NCBI GenBank assembly: GCA_902564345.1
Contig: CACFAY010000002.1
Coordinates: forward strand, 7,858-71,857
DNA: 64,000 nucleotides
Direction of reading: 5' to 3'
Origin: an uncultured SAR324 cluster bacterium
Lineage (GTDB): Bacteria > SAR324 > NAC60-12
Both the position numbers and the translations under genes were made by a program. Position 1 is the first letter of the stretch. Each line of letters starts with the position of its first letter. The notes under the pieces were generated by a model. That model saw only the letters and a list, made by a program, of their open reading frames with translations. It was not told the DNA's origin and made no database searches. Below, piece after piece: positions 9,194 through 18,570 of this stretch.

Positions 9194-9828
9194 TTGAAAG
9201 TATTTGGGTAGTTTTTACAGCAGGGTTGCTGCTTGGAGCTCCATCGGGGTTTGCACCCGGACCTATGCTACTGCTGATCATTTCAGAGACTCTTCGTCAT
9301 GGCAAACATGCTGGTTTTAAAGTAGCATGCATTCCTTTTCTTACAGACGTTCCTATTGTGGTGACTTCGGGACTGCTTTTCACTAAAATTACCAACATGA
9401 ACATGCTTTTGGGTGGAATTTCCATAATTGGTTCTATTTTCCTATTATATTTGGGGATCAAAAGCATACGTGCCACCAATTCAGAATTCCACAATTGCAC
9501 TCCTCATCCGCTGCTATTAAAAGAAATAATATTTGCTAACCTCGCAAACCCAAATCCTTACCTATTTTGGTTTACTGTAGGGGGTCCCCTTATGGTAAGA
9601 TCATTTCAACAAAATTTAGGTACTGGTATCATTTTTCTTTTGAGTTTTTACCTTGGCCTAATAGGAGTGAAATTGATTGTCGCAATTGCCACTGGGGAAT
9701 CCAGAGATTTTATGCAAGGATATTTGTACCGACGCATCATGCAGTTGCTAAGCCTAATGCTTATGATCTTCGCAGGTTATCTTATGCTGGAAGGTCTAGT
9801 TTTCCTCGGTTTACTGCAAAATTGGTAA
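9190..9828 (+). CDS. LysE/RhtB-family amino acid exporter
   Basis: 212 aa with about 6 TM. N-terminal GPMLLLIISETLRHGKHAGFKV-type LysE motif. The GTG start overlaps the upstream TGA (GTGA at 9190-9193). Confidence 0.7.
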   Translation: MIESIWVVFTAGLLLGAPSGFAPGPMLLLIISETLRHGKHAGFKVACIPFLTDVPIVVTSGLLFTKITNMNMLLGGISIIGSIFLLYLGIKSIRATNSEFHNCTPHPLLLKEIIFANLANPNPYLFWFTVGGPLMVRSFQQNLGTGIIFLLSFYLGLIGVKLIVAIATGESRDFMQGYLYRRIMQLLSLMLMIFAGYLMLEGLVFLGLLQNW

Positions 9829-9912
9829 TTTAGTTCCAAGTTAAATCTTGATAAGATAGGAGTGCGCTAGTGAAAATTTGCAGTCTTACAAAAAGTGTTG
9901 ATTTAAAATAGA

Positions 9913-11520
9913 CTAATTCTTAGATTTAAAAATTTTCATTTCTGACTTCAGTTGTATGGAAATTCTAACTGCATGATCTTCTCTTAAAAGTAGTAATAAT
10001 AGTAGATAAATCAAAGTAGAACCAACCAATAAGCCTGCAAATACTATCCAGTTTTGAAGAAGAAACGGTCCCTGCTCCCATAATCCGAACTTTCCGAACT
10101 GCCATATGAAGATGGACATTCCTCCGGAAGCAAACAAAAAAAGGAGTGTTGAACGAAGAGGGATATAACTTTTGCGAAGTTCGGGTTGCCTCAGTAGAAA
10201 CAAACGCAACAGGAAAAATTGAAACCATGTACCAGCAACAAGCCCCAGACCAAGTCCAAAAATTTCCAAGGTCTGACTAAACCACCACCCTAATATTCCT
10301 GTCACCACAATACTAATAATTGAAATTTTAACCGGAGTAGAGCTGTCTTTGAGTGAAAAAAAGACTGATGTCTTTAGCCGAACTAGAGCAACCGCAGGGA
10401 TGCTCAAAGCTAAAGCCTGTAGAGTGAGTGCCGTATTTTGAACATCACTCCATTTATATTCTCCATGAAAATAGAGCATCGAGACAATAGGCTCTGCCGC
10501 AAATAAGAGTCCCATACTAGCAGGTATTACCACCAAAAAAGTCGTGGCCATAGTGAAGCAAATTGTGCTGCGTATTTTCTGCCAATTTGTATCAGAAGTG
10601 TGCTTGCTTAATTCAGGGAATGCTGCTGTAGTGATTGCAAAAGCAAACACTCCCAGAGTCAGTTCAGAAAGCCTGCTGGCATTATAATAATGTGTTACTT
10701 GTCCTGAGGGCAGGAAACTCGCAATGTTACGAAGTACTATAATATTAATCTGATATACAGCAACACCAATTAATGAGGGGCCTAGTAAGCGCAACAATCT
10801 TTGGATGTGCTGGTCATTGAAAAAATTTCTCGGAGTGATTGACTGACCCACCTGTATCAGAGATGGTATTTGAAGAAAAATTTGTATAATCCCTCCTAAA
10901 AGAACTCCAACTCCAATACCTATAATAGGTTTTTCCAGAAAAGGTGATATTACAAAAGCTGCTCCTATCATTCCAACATTCAAAAAAATCGGTGCTGCTG
11001 CTGGGGCGGCAAAACGCCCTTCAGCATTGAGAATACCCATAGACCATGCAACCAACGAAACCAAAATCAAGTAAGGGAACATTATCCGTGTCAGAATAAC
11101 TGTTAGTTGAAACTTTTCAGGACTTGATGCAAAACCTGCAGCAAAAAGAAAAACAAGTTGGGGACTGAATATCATGCCAAGACCCGTTAAAATCGTAGTC
11201 ATCCCAAGCACAAGTCCCAAAGTTTTTGAAGCAAATTTCTTTGCAGTATGGGGATCATTTTTTTCACGTATTTCGGTATAAAGAGGAAGGAAAGCCAGAG
11301 TCATTGATCCTTCTGCAGTAAGTCGCCTCAAAACATTCGGAATCGTGAATGCCTGCACAAAAGCATCAGTAATCCATCCAGCTCCAAAGACATGTGCAAT
11401 CACTAGGTCACGGACTGCACCCAATACTCGTGACAGAAAAGTGAAAAATGTAATAGTTCCTGCGCGTTTAAGTATGCGTCTGGAATCTTCAGAAGTATTT
11501 TTCAAAGGAATAGACTTCAA
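9913..11520 (-). CDS. murJ: Lipid II flippase MurJ (MviN)
   Basis: 535 aa polytopic protein. SRVLGAVRDLVIAHVFGAGWITDAFVQAFTIPNVLRRLTAEGSMTLAFLPLY is the characteristic MurJ N-terminus. The start is TTG as in the track. Confidence 0.9.
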   Translation of the reverse strand: MKSIPLKNTSEDSRRILKRAGTITFFTFLSRVLGAVRDLVIAHVFGAGWITDAFVQAFTIPNVLRRLTAEGSMTLAFLPLYTEIREKNDPHTAKKFASKTLGLVLGMTTILTGLGMIFSPQLVFLFAAGFASSPEKFQLTVILTRIMFPYLILVSLVAWSMGILNAEGRFAAPAAAPIFLNVGMIGAAFVISPFLEKPIIGIGVGVLLGGIIQIFLQIPSLIQVGQSITPRNFFNDQHIQRLLRLLGPSLIGVAVYQINIIVLRNIASFLPSGQVTHYYNASRLSELTLGVFAFAITTAAFPELSKHTSDTNWQKIRSTICFTMATTFLVVIPASMGLLFAAEPIVSMLYFHGEYKWSDVQNTALTLQALALSIPAVALVRLKTSVFFSLKDSSTPVKISIISIVVTGILGWWFSQTLEIFGLGLGLVAGTWFQFFLLRLFLLRQPELRKSYIPLRSTLLFLFASGGMSIFIWQFGKFGLWEQGPFLLQNWIVFAGLLVGSTLIYLLLLLLLREDHAVRISIQLKSEMKIFKSKN

Positions 11521-11574
11521 GAATAATTTCTCTGAATTTTAAGGAAGGCTTAAATTGTTTCAATGTTAAAAATA

Positions 11575-12840
11575 TCAGATACTAAAATTTGCTGATTCAC
11601 CTATTTCAGATTCAATCTCCAGCAAGCGGTTATATTTTGCAATACGTTCACTACGTGAAGCCGAACCTGTTTTGATCTGTCCACCTGCCATTGCAACAGC
11701 AAAGTCAGCCATAAATGTATCTTCAGTTTCTCCACTTCGATGTGAAATAATGTAATTCCATCCTGCTTTTTGGCAAAGCCGAATTGTAGCCAAAGTTTCT
11801 GAAACGGTTCCTATCTGATTAAGTTTAATTAGCACTGCATTGGCAGCTTTTTTACTTATACCCTTGCTAACAAAATCTGTATTAGTAACAAATAAGTCGT
11901 CTCCTACAATTTGAATCTTATCACCAAGTTTTTTTGTGATAGCAGAAAAACCCTCCCAGTCATTTTCATCCATGGGATCCTCTATTGATACTATTGGATA
12001 GTTTTCTACCAAGCTTCCGTAAAATTCCATCATATCTGTTGAGCTTTTTGTACCTGATCCGGATTTCTGAAAAATATAAGATCCTTGGTTACAAAATGAA
12101 GAAGCTGCTGCGTCAATTGCCATGAATATTTCTTTTCCTGGCTCATAACCTGCTAATTGAATTGCTTCGATAATAACTTCGCAAGCTTCTTCGTTACTTT
12201 CAAGATTTGGAGCAAAACCACCTTCATCTCCTACACTAGTTGCGTAACCTTTTGACTGCAAAATCTTTTTCAGTGCATGAAATGTTTCCGCACCATATCG
12301 AAGAGCTTCCCGGAAAGAGGACGCCCCAGATGGTATTATCATGAATTCCTGCAAATCAACACTGTTATCAGCATGTTCTCCCCCATTTATTATATTCATC
12401 ATAGGCACTGGCAGTCTAAGCTCTGAGACTCTTCCCAGATAAACGTAAAGAGGAACTTTTTGAGACATTGCAGCCGCTACCGAGGCGGCCATTGAGACAC
12501 TTAGAATAGCATTTGCTCCCAAGTTACTTTTTGTAGAAGTGTCGTCAAGCTCAAGCATCATCCTGTCAATTTCATCCTGCTTGTCAGGAGTCATTCCTAA
12601 AAGTTCCGGAGCAATTTTGCTATTCACGTTGTCAACTGCATTTAGCACTCCCTTTCCACCGTAACGCTTCTTGTCGCCATCACGAAGTTCAAGGGCCTCG
12701 TTTTCTCCAGTTGATGCTCCAGAAGGAACTGAAGAAACTCCACAAACACCGTTTTCCAAGCTTACCCTTGTTCGAATTGTAGGGTTCCCACGGGAATCCA
12801 ATATTTCCATCGCTTCAATTGAAATGATCTGATTTTTCAT
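11575..12840 (-). CDS. eno: Enolase
   Basis: 421 aa. [26 protein letters not shown] and [10 protein letters not shown] motifs. Confidence 0.95.
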   Translation of the reverse strand: MKNQIISIEAMEILDSRGNPTIRTRVSLENGVCGVSSVPSGASTGENEALELRDGDKKRYGGKGVLNAVDNVNSKIAPELLGMTPDKQDEIDRMMLELDDTSTKSNLGANAILSVSMAASVAAAMSQKVPLYVYLGRVSELRLPVPMMNIINGGEHADNSVDLQEFMIIPSGASSFREALRYGAETFHALKKILQSKGYATSVGDEGGFAPNLESNEEACEVIIEAIQLAGYEPGKEIFMAIDAAASSFCNQGSYIFQKSGSGTKSSTDMMEFYGSLVENYPIVSIEDPMDENDWEGFSAITKKLGDKIQIVGDDLFVTNTDFVSKGISKKAANAVLIKLNQIGTVSETLATIRLCQKAGWNYIISHRSGETEDTFMADFAVAMAGGQIKTGSASRSERIAKYNRLLEIESEIGESANFSI

Positions 12841-13396
12841 AAGAGAGTCCTTTTCTAGTATTTCATATAGATAAGCTAAAATTTTTTATGATTATAGATA
12901 ACATTCATACTGTTTTGCTACAATCCAAAATAGGATTAATTGCATAATTACTTCAGCAGCCTATTACAATTCATTTTTTTATTTGATTATTTTTTAAATA
13001 AAACAACACAGTTGATCCAATATTCAAAAAAAGAAAAATTCACCTAAATTTATAATAAAGATTAAAGAATAAGTATGATTTAATTCCTAACTTTTTTCTC
13101 ACTTTTTTTTATTTAAAAGACATCAGGAATAAAATTTTCACTAAAATTAAGGATTAATATAAAAAAATGTCACATGAGTAGCAAAATAATTTTCTTTGTA
13201 TATACAGTATTTTAACTTTACTTCTTCCACATAAATTGAAAATTGCCAATACCTAATTTGAACATCAGGCAAAAATATTGCTACATATAACATAGTACGA
13301 AAAAAAAATTGCATCATTATTGAGAGAATATTACCAATTTTTGAAAGCTTTATTTTTTTCAAATTTTAATATTAAACAAAGTTTTATAGAAATTAA

Positions 13397-13636
13397 ATGA
13401 AGAAAGTTTTCTATCCTTTTACTGAACAACCAAAAGCTGAATTTAAGACAAAAGATGACGACTGGTTGATAGAAGAAAACTTCTTGAATCTTTGGGGATA
13501 CTTGCGAAGGAGGTATCCTAATGTTGACCTAGAGGATAAAAAATTCAATGATTTAATAGAATTAAAAACCTCCCTAGAAGGTCCCCGTGAATTAAGAGAA
13601 TGGAACGAAGCCATAGCATCTGTTCTCAAACACTGA
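13397..13636 (+). CDS. Hypothetical 79-aa protein (ORFan)
   Basis: ORF only. No obvious Shine-Dalgarno. An equally long antisense ORF exists, so coding status is uncertain. Confidence 0.35.
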   Translation: MKKVFYPFTEQPKAEFKTKDDDWLIEENFLNLWGYLRRRYPNVDLEDKKFNDLIELKTSLEGPRELREWNEAIASVLKH

Positions 13637-13675
13637 TTTCTGGTCGTTAAACAGACACTTCAAGGGAAAACAAAA

Positions 13676-15544
13676 ATGAAGTCCTTTGACAGCATAGAAA
13701 ATTTTTTAGAAGAGCGTCTAGATCATAAAAGACGCACAATCAGTGAATCTACGCTGAAGGAGTATGACAGGAAAAAAGAGCAATTAAATGCATCAAAAAT
13801 TTTCCAGATAGAATTTTCGGAATCAATTCCTGAAGAAATCAAATCTTATCTGTGTGGGAAACTAAAGAAAATTTTAGATTTTCCTGAAAAGTATGGAATG
13901 TATATTAATGCTAATGAACATTTACTGCGCTTTGTTGATAAGAAATCATACGAAGTCGAAGAAGGCACAAATTTGGCTGCAAATGTTTTACTCCCTGCAT
14001 CCAAAATAAAATATATCAGCACCTCACGTTCCTTCATAGTAATAATAATTCTTCCTCAAATAATTGACACTGCAGAAACTGTTATCAACATCACTCGCAA
14101 TTTGTTTTCAAAATTGTATGGGAATATTTTCTTAAATGAAAAAATACTGCCTATGGAGTTTTACCGACAAAACTCAAATTTAGGTCAAAAGACAACTGCA
14201 GCAATACCGGAAATACTAGATCTAGCTTCAAAACTCAATTTATCTTCTGAAACCTTTTATAACCATTGCGAAAAAATAGCAAAGTCTTACAGATTAACCG
14301 TTGAAGAAAAGGGGAATGAAATACGCAAGCAACTAATAAGTGAATGGAGAAAAAAGTGGCAGGAAAAACTGCTTACAAAGGAGGATGTTAAAATAATCGA
14401 CTTAATTTTTTCTGAATTTATGGATTCCATGAGTAAAAATCCTGAGAAAATAATTAACATAATGATAGAGCATGTTAAAAAACTTAACTCACAATTACAT
14501 TATATTTTACCACATGAGACAAGAGAATATGAGACTTTTGAAAAAAAATATAACAAACATTATTTACGCTCAGTGCAAAACAAATTTCAAGAAATTACTT
14601 CACTCACCGGTTTTATTGAGGAACTTTACACCGAGCTAAATAATTTTCAAGAAGACTCAGAACTCAAAGGAATAAGAAAAGAAATTCTTTCTAAAATGCA
14701 ACAATTGAGAAAAGAAAAAAAAATAATACAGTTTTACGTGCCTGAAATTGGCTGTGCAGAAGAACTAAAAGATTTACGAGAGACATTTCCCCTTATTCTT
14801 ATAAAAATGATTCCTAAAGGAACACCACTTAAATATTGGTCAAAAACTGTAAAAAAGATGGAAAAAAATTATTCCGAATCCATATATTCAAAAATATACT
14901 TAGCACTTCATAGCCTAAATTTATTGACACTTGATATTAATAACTCAAATAATGAATTTATTAATAAAAACGAGACAATAAAGCGACTTGAAAGAATTTT
15001 GAAAATTCTAAAATATCACAGCACAGAAATCAAAACCTCACAAAGCGTGCTTGGAATTATAGCTGACATGAGCGAACAAACAGTTTTCAATACCGAAGCG
15101 AATAAGGGTGAGCCAAGAATGATGATTCCCTTAAATGAATTTGAAAGAGCATGGAGCTATTTCATATCTTTCGTTTTGACCCTGATTTATTATCAGGATG
15201 ATGCAAATTCAACTGGTTTGACTCAAGGTTTCAATCCAGAAAACTATACAAAATCAATTTTGGGATACGTTGACAAACAGTGCGCCCTAGGTATAAATTA
15301 TTTTCACATCGTTAAGCTGCTTTGGTTAATTTATAAAAATAATATGAACCAAAATTCCATTAAATTCTTGCTTTTTTGTCTCGAAAATCCAAATACAATA
15401 TTGCGATTCATACTTCACCAGATAATGCGTCCCCAATCCGGGACTTTATCATTAGAAAGACGTCTAGAAAAACTTCTAAACTATGAAAAGGCTTGGGTTT
15501 CTGCCTTTCAAAACCGCTTGGATATCACTGACAATTATACATAA
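13676..15544 (+). CDS. Hypothetical 622-aa protein (ORFan), K/E/I/N-rich, probably all-alpha, no TM or signal peptide
   Basis: An uninterrupted 1.87-kb ORF in very AT-rich DNA is unlikely by chance. AAGGGA lies upstream of the ATG. No catalytic or nucleotide-binding motif recognised. Confidence 0.6.
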   Translation: MKSFDSIENFLEERLDHKRRTISESTLKEYDRKKEQLNASKIFQIEFSESIPEEIKSYLCGKLKKILDFPEKYGMYINANEHLLRFVDKKSYEVEEGTNLAANVLLPASKIKYISTSRSFIVIIILPQIIDTAETVINITRNLFSKLYGNIFLNEKILPMEFYRQNSNLGQKTTAAIPEILDLASKLNLSSETFYNHCEKIAKSYRLTVEEKGNEIRKQLISEWRKKWQEKLLTKEDVKIIDLIFSEFMDSMSKNPEKIINIMIEHVKKLNSQLHYILPHETREYETFEKKYNKHYLRSVQNKFQEITSLTGFIEELYTELNNFQEDSELKGIRKEILSKMQQLRKEKKIIQFYVPEIGCAEELKDLRETFPLILIKMIPKGTPLKYWSKTVKKMEKNYSESIYSKIYLALHSLNLLTLDINNSNNEFINKNETIKRLERILKILKYHSTEIKTSQSVLGIIADMSEQTVFNTEANKGEPRMMIPLNEFERAWSYFISFVLTLIYYQDDANSTGLTQGFNPENYTKSILGYVDKQCALGINYFHIVKLLWLIYKNNMNQNSIKFLLFCLENPNTILRFILHQIMRPQSGTLSLERRLEKLLNYEKAWVSAFQNRLDITDNYT

Positions 15545-15582
15545 TACTAATTAAGAAAATGAAGATATAACTTAGCAATAAT

Positions 15583-15598
15583 TGGCATGTTTTTCGCA
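15583..15598 (+). promoter_or_regulatory. Sigma-54-like -24/-12 element TGGCATG-N4-TCGCA
   Basis: TGGCATGTTTTTCGCA has the GG and GC dinucleotides at the canonical spacing (consensus TGGCACG-N4-TTGCW). It lies about 60 nt upstream of the ATG at 15659. Confidence 0.3.
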
Positions 15599-15658
15599 GG
15601 TTTATTATTATAGAATCAAGACAAAACTACATTTGAAAAATTTTTTAAAAGGAAAATC

Positions 15659-16126
15659 ATGAAATGGTTCAAATTCGAGCCGCATGAAGAAGAAATGCCA
15701 GAGACTGAGTCTTCTACAATGTTAGTATACTTGAGTCCTGAAGCACTTAAACAGGCGATAGTTGTAGATGATTTTGCTTCGTTCCAAGACAGTCCAGAAT
15801 GTATTCCCGGAGGAAGGCTTTTCGAGGTTAGCAGGCAATACAGTTACCGTTTAAGACAAGTTGCTGATTTGGTTGAGGAACCTCTAGAAGATCAAAAACC
15901 TCAAATAAATAATCCCCCGAAGCGAAATTTTCATGAGGTAATCCGTCCAGAAAAACGTATGGGGAATCAAATTGAAGATTTGATTTCAGAAAACTCTGAC
16001 ATTTCTAACAAATTGACACCCAACCTTGAAGAAAACAGTGAATCAGTAGAGGATATCCAAACACAACAAAAGTTAAGTCCAGAACAGGTACCCTTCAAGG
16101 ACCTTGAATCTCTTTTCGTAAAATAG
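15659..16126 (+). CDS. Hypothetical 155-aa acidic protein (ORFan), low-complexity C-terminal half
   Basis: ORF with AAAGGA 6-7 nt upstream of the ATG. No motif recognised. Confidence 0.5.
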   Translation: MKWFKFEPHEEEMPETESSTMLVYLSPEALKQAIVVDDFASFQDSPECIPGGRLFEVSRQYSYRLRQVADLVEEPLEDQKPQINNPPKRNFHEVIRPEKRMGNQIEDLISENSDISNKLTPNLEENSESVEDIQTQQKLSPEQVPFKDLESLFVK

Positions 16127-16180
16127 ATTAGACTGATCTTGTAGATTATTCAAAATAAGGTAAAAAAGAAAATATTTACC

Positions 16181-18562
16181 TCAATTTAGTGGTTGTATTT
16201 TTCCTCTGTTCAATGTCAATAAATGTATTTCTCTTATAGCTTCACCGCTATCATCAAAACTTAATTTTCCTGTTACGCCCTGAAAGCTTTTCATTTTAAT
16301 TAGTGCGTCCTTCAAATTCCGATGACTTTGATTGCTCTCATCATTTAAAAGTTGCATCAAAATTAATAGAGTGTCAAAGGCATGAGCAGTATATGAGCTT
16401 GGACCGATATAGTTTTGATGGCGATAAAGAATTTGTTCATGAATCCTTTTCAGTTGGCCAATCATCTTCGTTTTACTTCCAAGAAAAAAACTATCCACAA
16501 ATACTGGTTTTCTCACACCACTTACTCCTGGTGAAAAAGGAAGCGCTGAATCATTCCAGCCGCTGTCACCAAGAAAATTGATATTTCTCATTTTATATAC
16601 TGCACTATAAGGTAAAATGAGTCTTAAATTTTTTACTCCTCCTGCTCCTACAGCCACATACAAGGCATCAAAATTGTGAACAGGATCCTCTTTCTCTTTC
16701 AGCTCCTTTAAAATATTTTTATCTTTTGTTGCTAAACGTTTAATTTTTCCTGTAAAAGTATCAAACTCATTTACTAGGCTCTTTTGACCTTCATGTTTAA
16801 ATCCTTCAACTGCTAACACATCACATCCTTTTTGCTCTACTGCATTCCAAAAATGCCTCATTTTTTGACGTCCCTCACGCGTTTTTGCATAAAGTATCAA
16901 AAAACGACAAGCTTGCAGCTTATCAGTTGCATAATCTACCAATTTTTTTACTTCTTGCTTCCAGCTTTGATTATTACGGAAAATATATTCCCCATATTCG
17001 GGAATACTGTCAGTTAAAGATAGGGAAATTAATGGGACTCCTAACGCCTCTGCTTCAGTCGCCGCCGCTTCAGAGGTTTTCCTTGCTAGAGGACCAATTA
17101 TGGCAACTACCTTCTCAATTTGCACCAGTTCTCGAATAGCATTTTTTGTTTTCTCTGAATCCAGATGGGAGTCTCGAATTATAAGTTCCCATGAATCCAC
17201 CAACTGCTCAGACAAGCGATTATCAGATCCCTTGGCTGAATTTTCTGTGACTGTCTTTTCAAGGAAGGTTGAGTTTTGAAAACTATCGTTAAATGTATTT
17301 ATTTTGTTTGAATAAAGAGCCAACCGTAAACCATTCAAGGTCTCCTGAACTAAACGGACTATTTTTACGTTTGAACTACTCATTGGGAGAATAACTCCAA
17401 TCCGTCTAGGTTTTATATTCAAAGCTAAAACGAAGCTTTCCTGTATTTTCTTTAGCCTCTTATATTGGCTTTCATCACCAATTTCGCGGGCTAAATTAAG
17501 TCTTTGATCTAATATTACTAAGCCCTCAATGTAACGACGTTGCTTTGAAAATAGATCAAATTCAATATCAAATATTTGCTCTCTAAGCCATTTTGAATCT
17601 GGATAATTCAATAACAATATTCTTAACTGTTCTGGCGACTGAATTGACTTTATCAAAAAGGATATCTTATCCAGATCTACTTCATCTGAAGTTTCTGAAT
17701 TACTTAACAATTCAAGTCGATATTGTATAGCATTTAGAATTTCTCCCTTTGACTCTGCTTCCCTACTAAACATGAGAACTAACTCAATTCGTTGCTTGGC
17801 ACTCAATTCACTAAGTGCACGATCACGCAAAATGTTATCCTGATTTAAAGTCTTTTTCTGAGAATGAAGCGATTTATTTAAATAATAAAATATAAATGGT
17901 ACTACGGAGCTTCTGGGGCGCTCTTTCAAAAAAGCAATTGCTAGTTTTTCTGCAGAAGCCCATTTATTAAGTTGATAGAGCAGTTGAACTTTCAATCTAA
18001 CTCTGTCCTCAATTTTTAACCAGTCTTCATATTCCAAATATTTTTCCCTTGCAGCTTTAGGATCTGAAAATATCATTTCTTCAATTTCAGCCACGGGTTT
18101 TTTATTAAAATTAATAACTTCATTATTTTTCCAATCTCGACCTTGCTGATGTAAATCAACTTCTAAGTCTATAGTGTTTTTTTCAATTCTGGTATCCCAT
18201 GGAAATATTGGATTTGATAGCGATGCTAAAGTTTCGTATGTCAAATCATCCGTTTGCATTTGAGTTAAAGACCGTATAGGTGGTAATTCTATTGGGAATA
18301 ATAATTCCATTTTTTCAAATGTAACTGGACTGGAAACGGATTTATTAGGAATTGAAGGAGCTTTTATCATTTTAAGGAATCTAGAAAAAGTATTTTTTTC
18401 ACTAAAATCTTTTGCAATTAAGTATTTTATATTCTCTTCCAACCATACTCGGTCACTTAAAAGGCTTTGGGAAAAAGCTAATCCTTTAACTCCAAAGGAG
18501 TACCAAAAAACAAACAATAAAATCAGCAAAATTTTAAATACCTTGACTGGATCAAATAGCAT
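16181..18562 (-). CDS. Exported helical-repeat + type-I periplasmic-binding-fold protein, LpoA (penicillin-binding protein activator)-like architecture
   Basis: N-terminal signal-like helix and about 380 aa of helical/TPR-like sequence. Then RRIGVILPMSSS..., VVAIIGPLARKTSEAAATEAEALGVPLISLS and GVTGKLSFDDSGE, typical of Leu/Ile/Val-binding-protein-fold (LppC/LpoA) domains. Confidence 0.5.
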   Translation of the reverse strand: MLFDPVKVFKILLILLFVFWYSFGVKGLAFSQSLLSDRVWLEENIKYLIAKDFSEKNTFSRFLKMIKAPSIPNKSVSSPVTFEKMELLFPIELPPIRSLTQMQTDDLTYETLASLSNPIFPWDTRIEKNTIDLEVDLHQQGRDWKNNEVINFNKKPVAEIEEMIFSDPKAAREKYLEYEDWLKIEDRVRLKVQLLYQLNKWASAEKLAIAFLKERPRSSVVPFIFYYLNKSLHSQKKTLNQDNILRDRALSELSAKQRIELVLMFSREAESKGEILNAIQYRLELLSNSETSDEVDLDKISFLIKSIQSPEQLRILLLNYPDSKWLREQIFDIEFDLFSKQRRYIEGLVILDQRLNLAREIGDESQYKRLKKIQESFVLALNIKPRRIGVILPMSSSNVKIVRLVQETLNGLRLALYSNKINTFNDSFQNSTFLEKTVTENSAKGSDNRLSEQLVDSWELIIRDSHLDSEKTKNAIRELVQIEKVVAIIGPLARKTSEAAATEAEALGVPLISLSLTDSIPEYGEYIFRNNQSWKQEVKKLVDYATDKLQACRFLILYAKTREGRQKMRHFWNAVEQKGCDVLAVEGFKHEGQKSLVNEFDTFTGKIKRLATKDKNILKELKEKEDPVHNFDALYVAVGAGGVKNLRLILPYSAVYKMRNINFLGDSGWNDSALPFSPGVSGVRKPVFVDSFFLGSKTKMIGQLKRIHEQILYRHQNYIGPSSYTAHAFDTLLILMQLLNDESNQSHRNLKDALIKMKSFQGVTGKLSFDDSGEAIREIHLLTLNRGKIQPLN

Positions 18563-18570
18563 TTTGCAAC

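Noticed and set aside
13147-13362. 71-aa minus-strand ORF in the AT-rich spacer upstream of eno.
   Set aside because: The translation is dominated by K/I/F/Y codons, as expected from random AT-rich DNA. There is no RBS or motif.
16489-16497. DnaA-box-like CTATCCACA, and a general look for oriC or dif features in AT-rich spacers.
   Set aside because: It is a single 8/9 match inside a coding region. There is no cluster of boxes and no dif-like palindrome.
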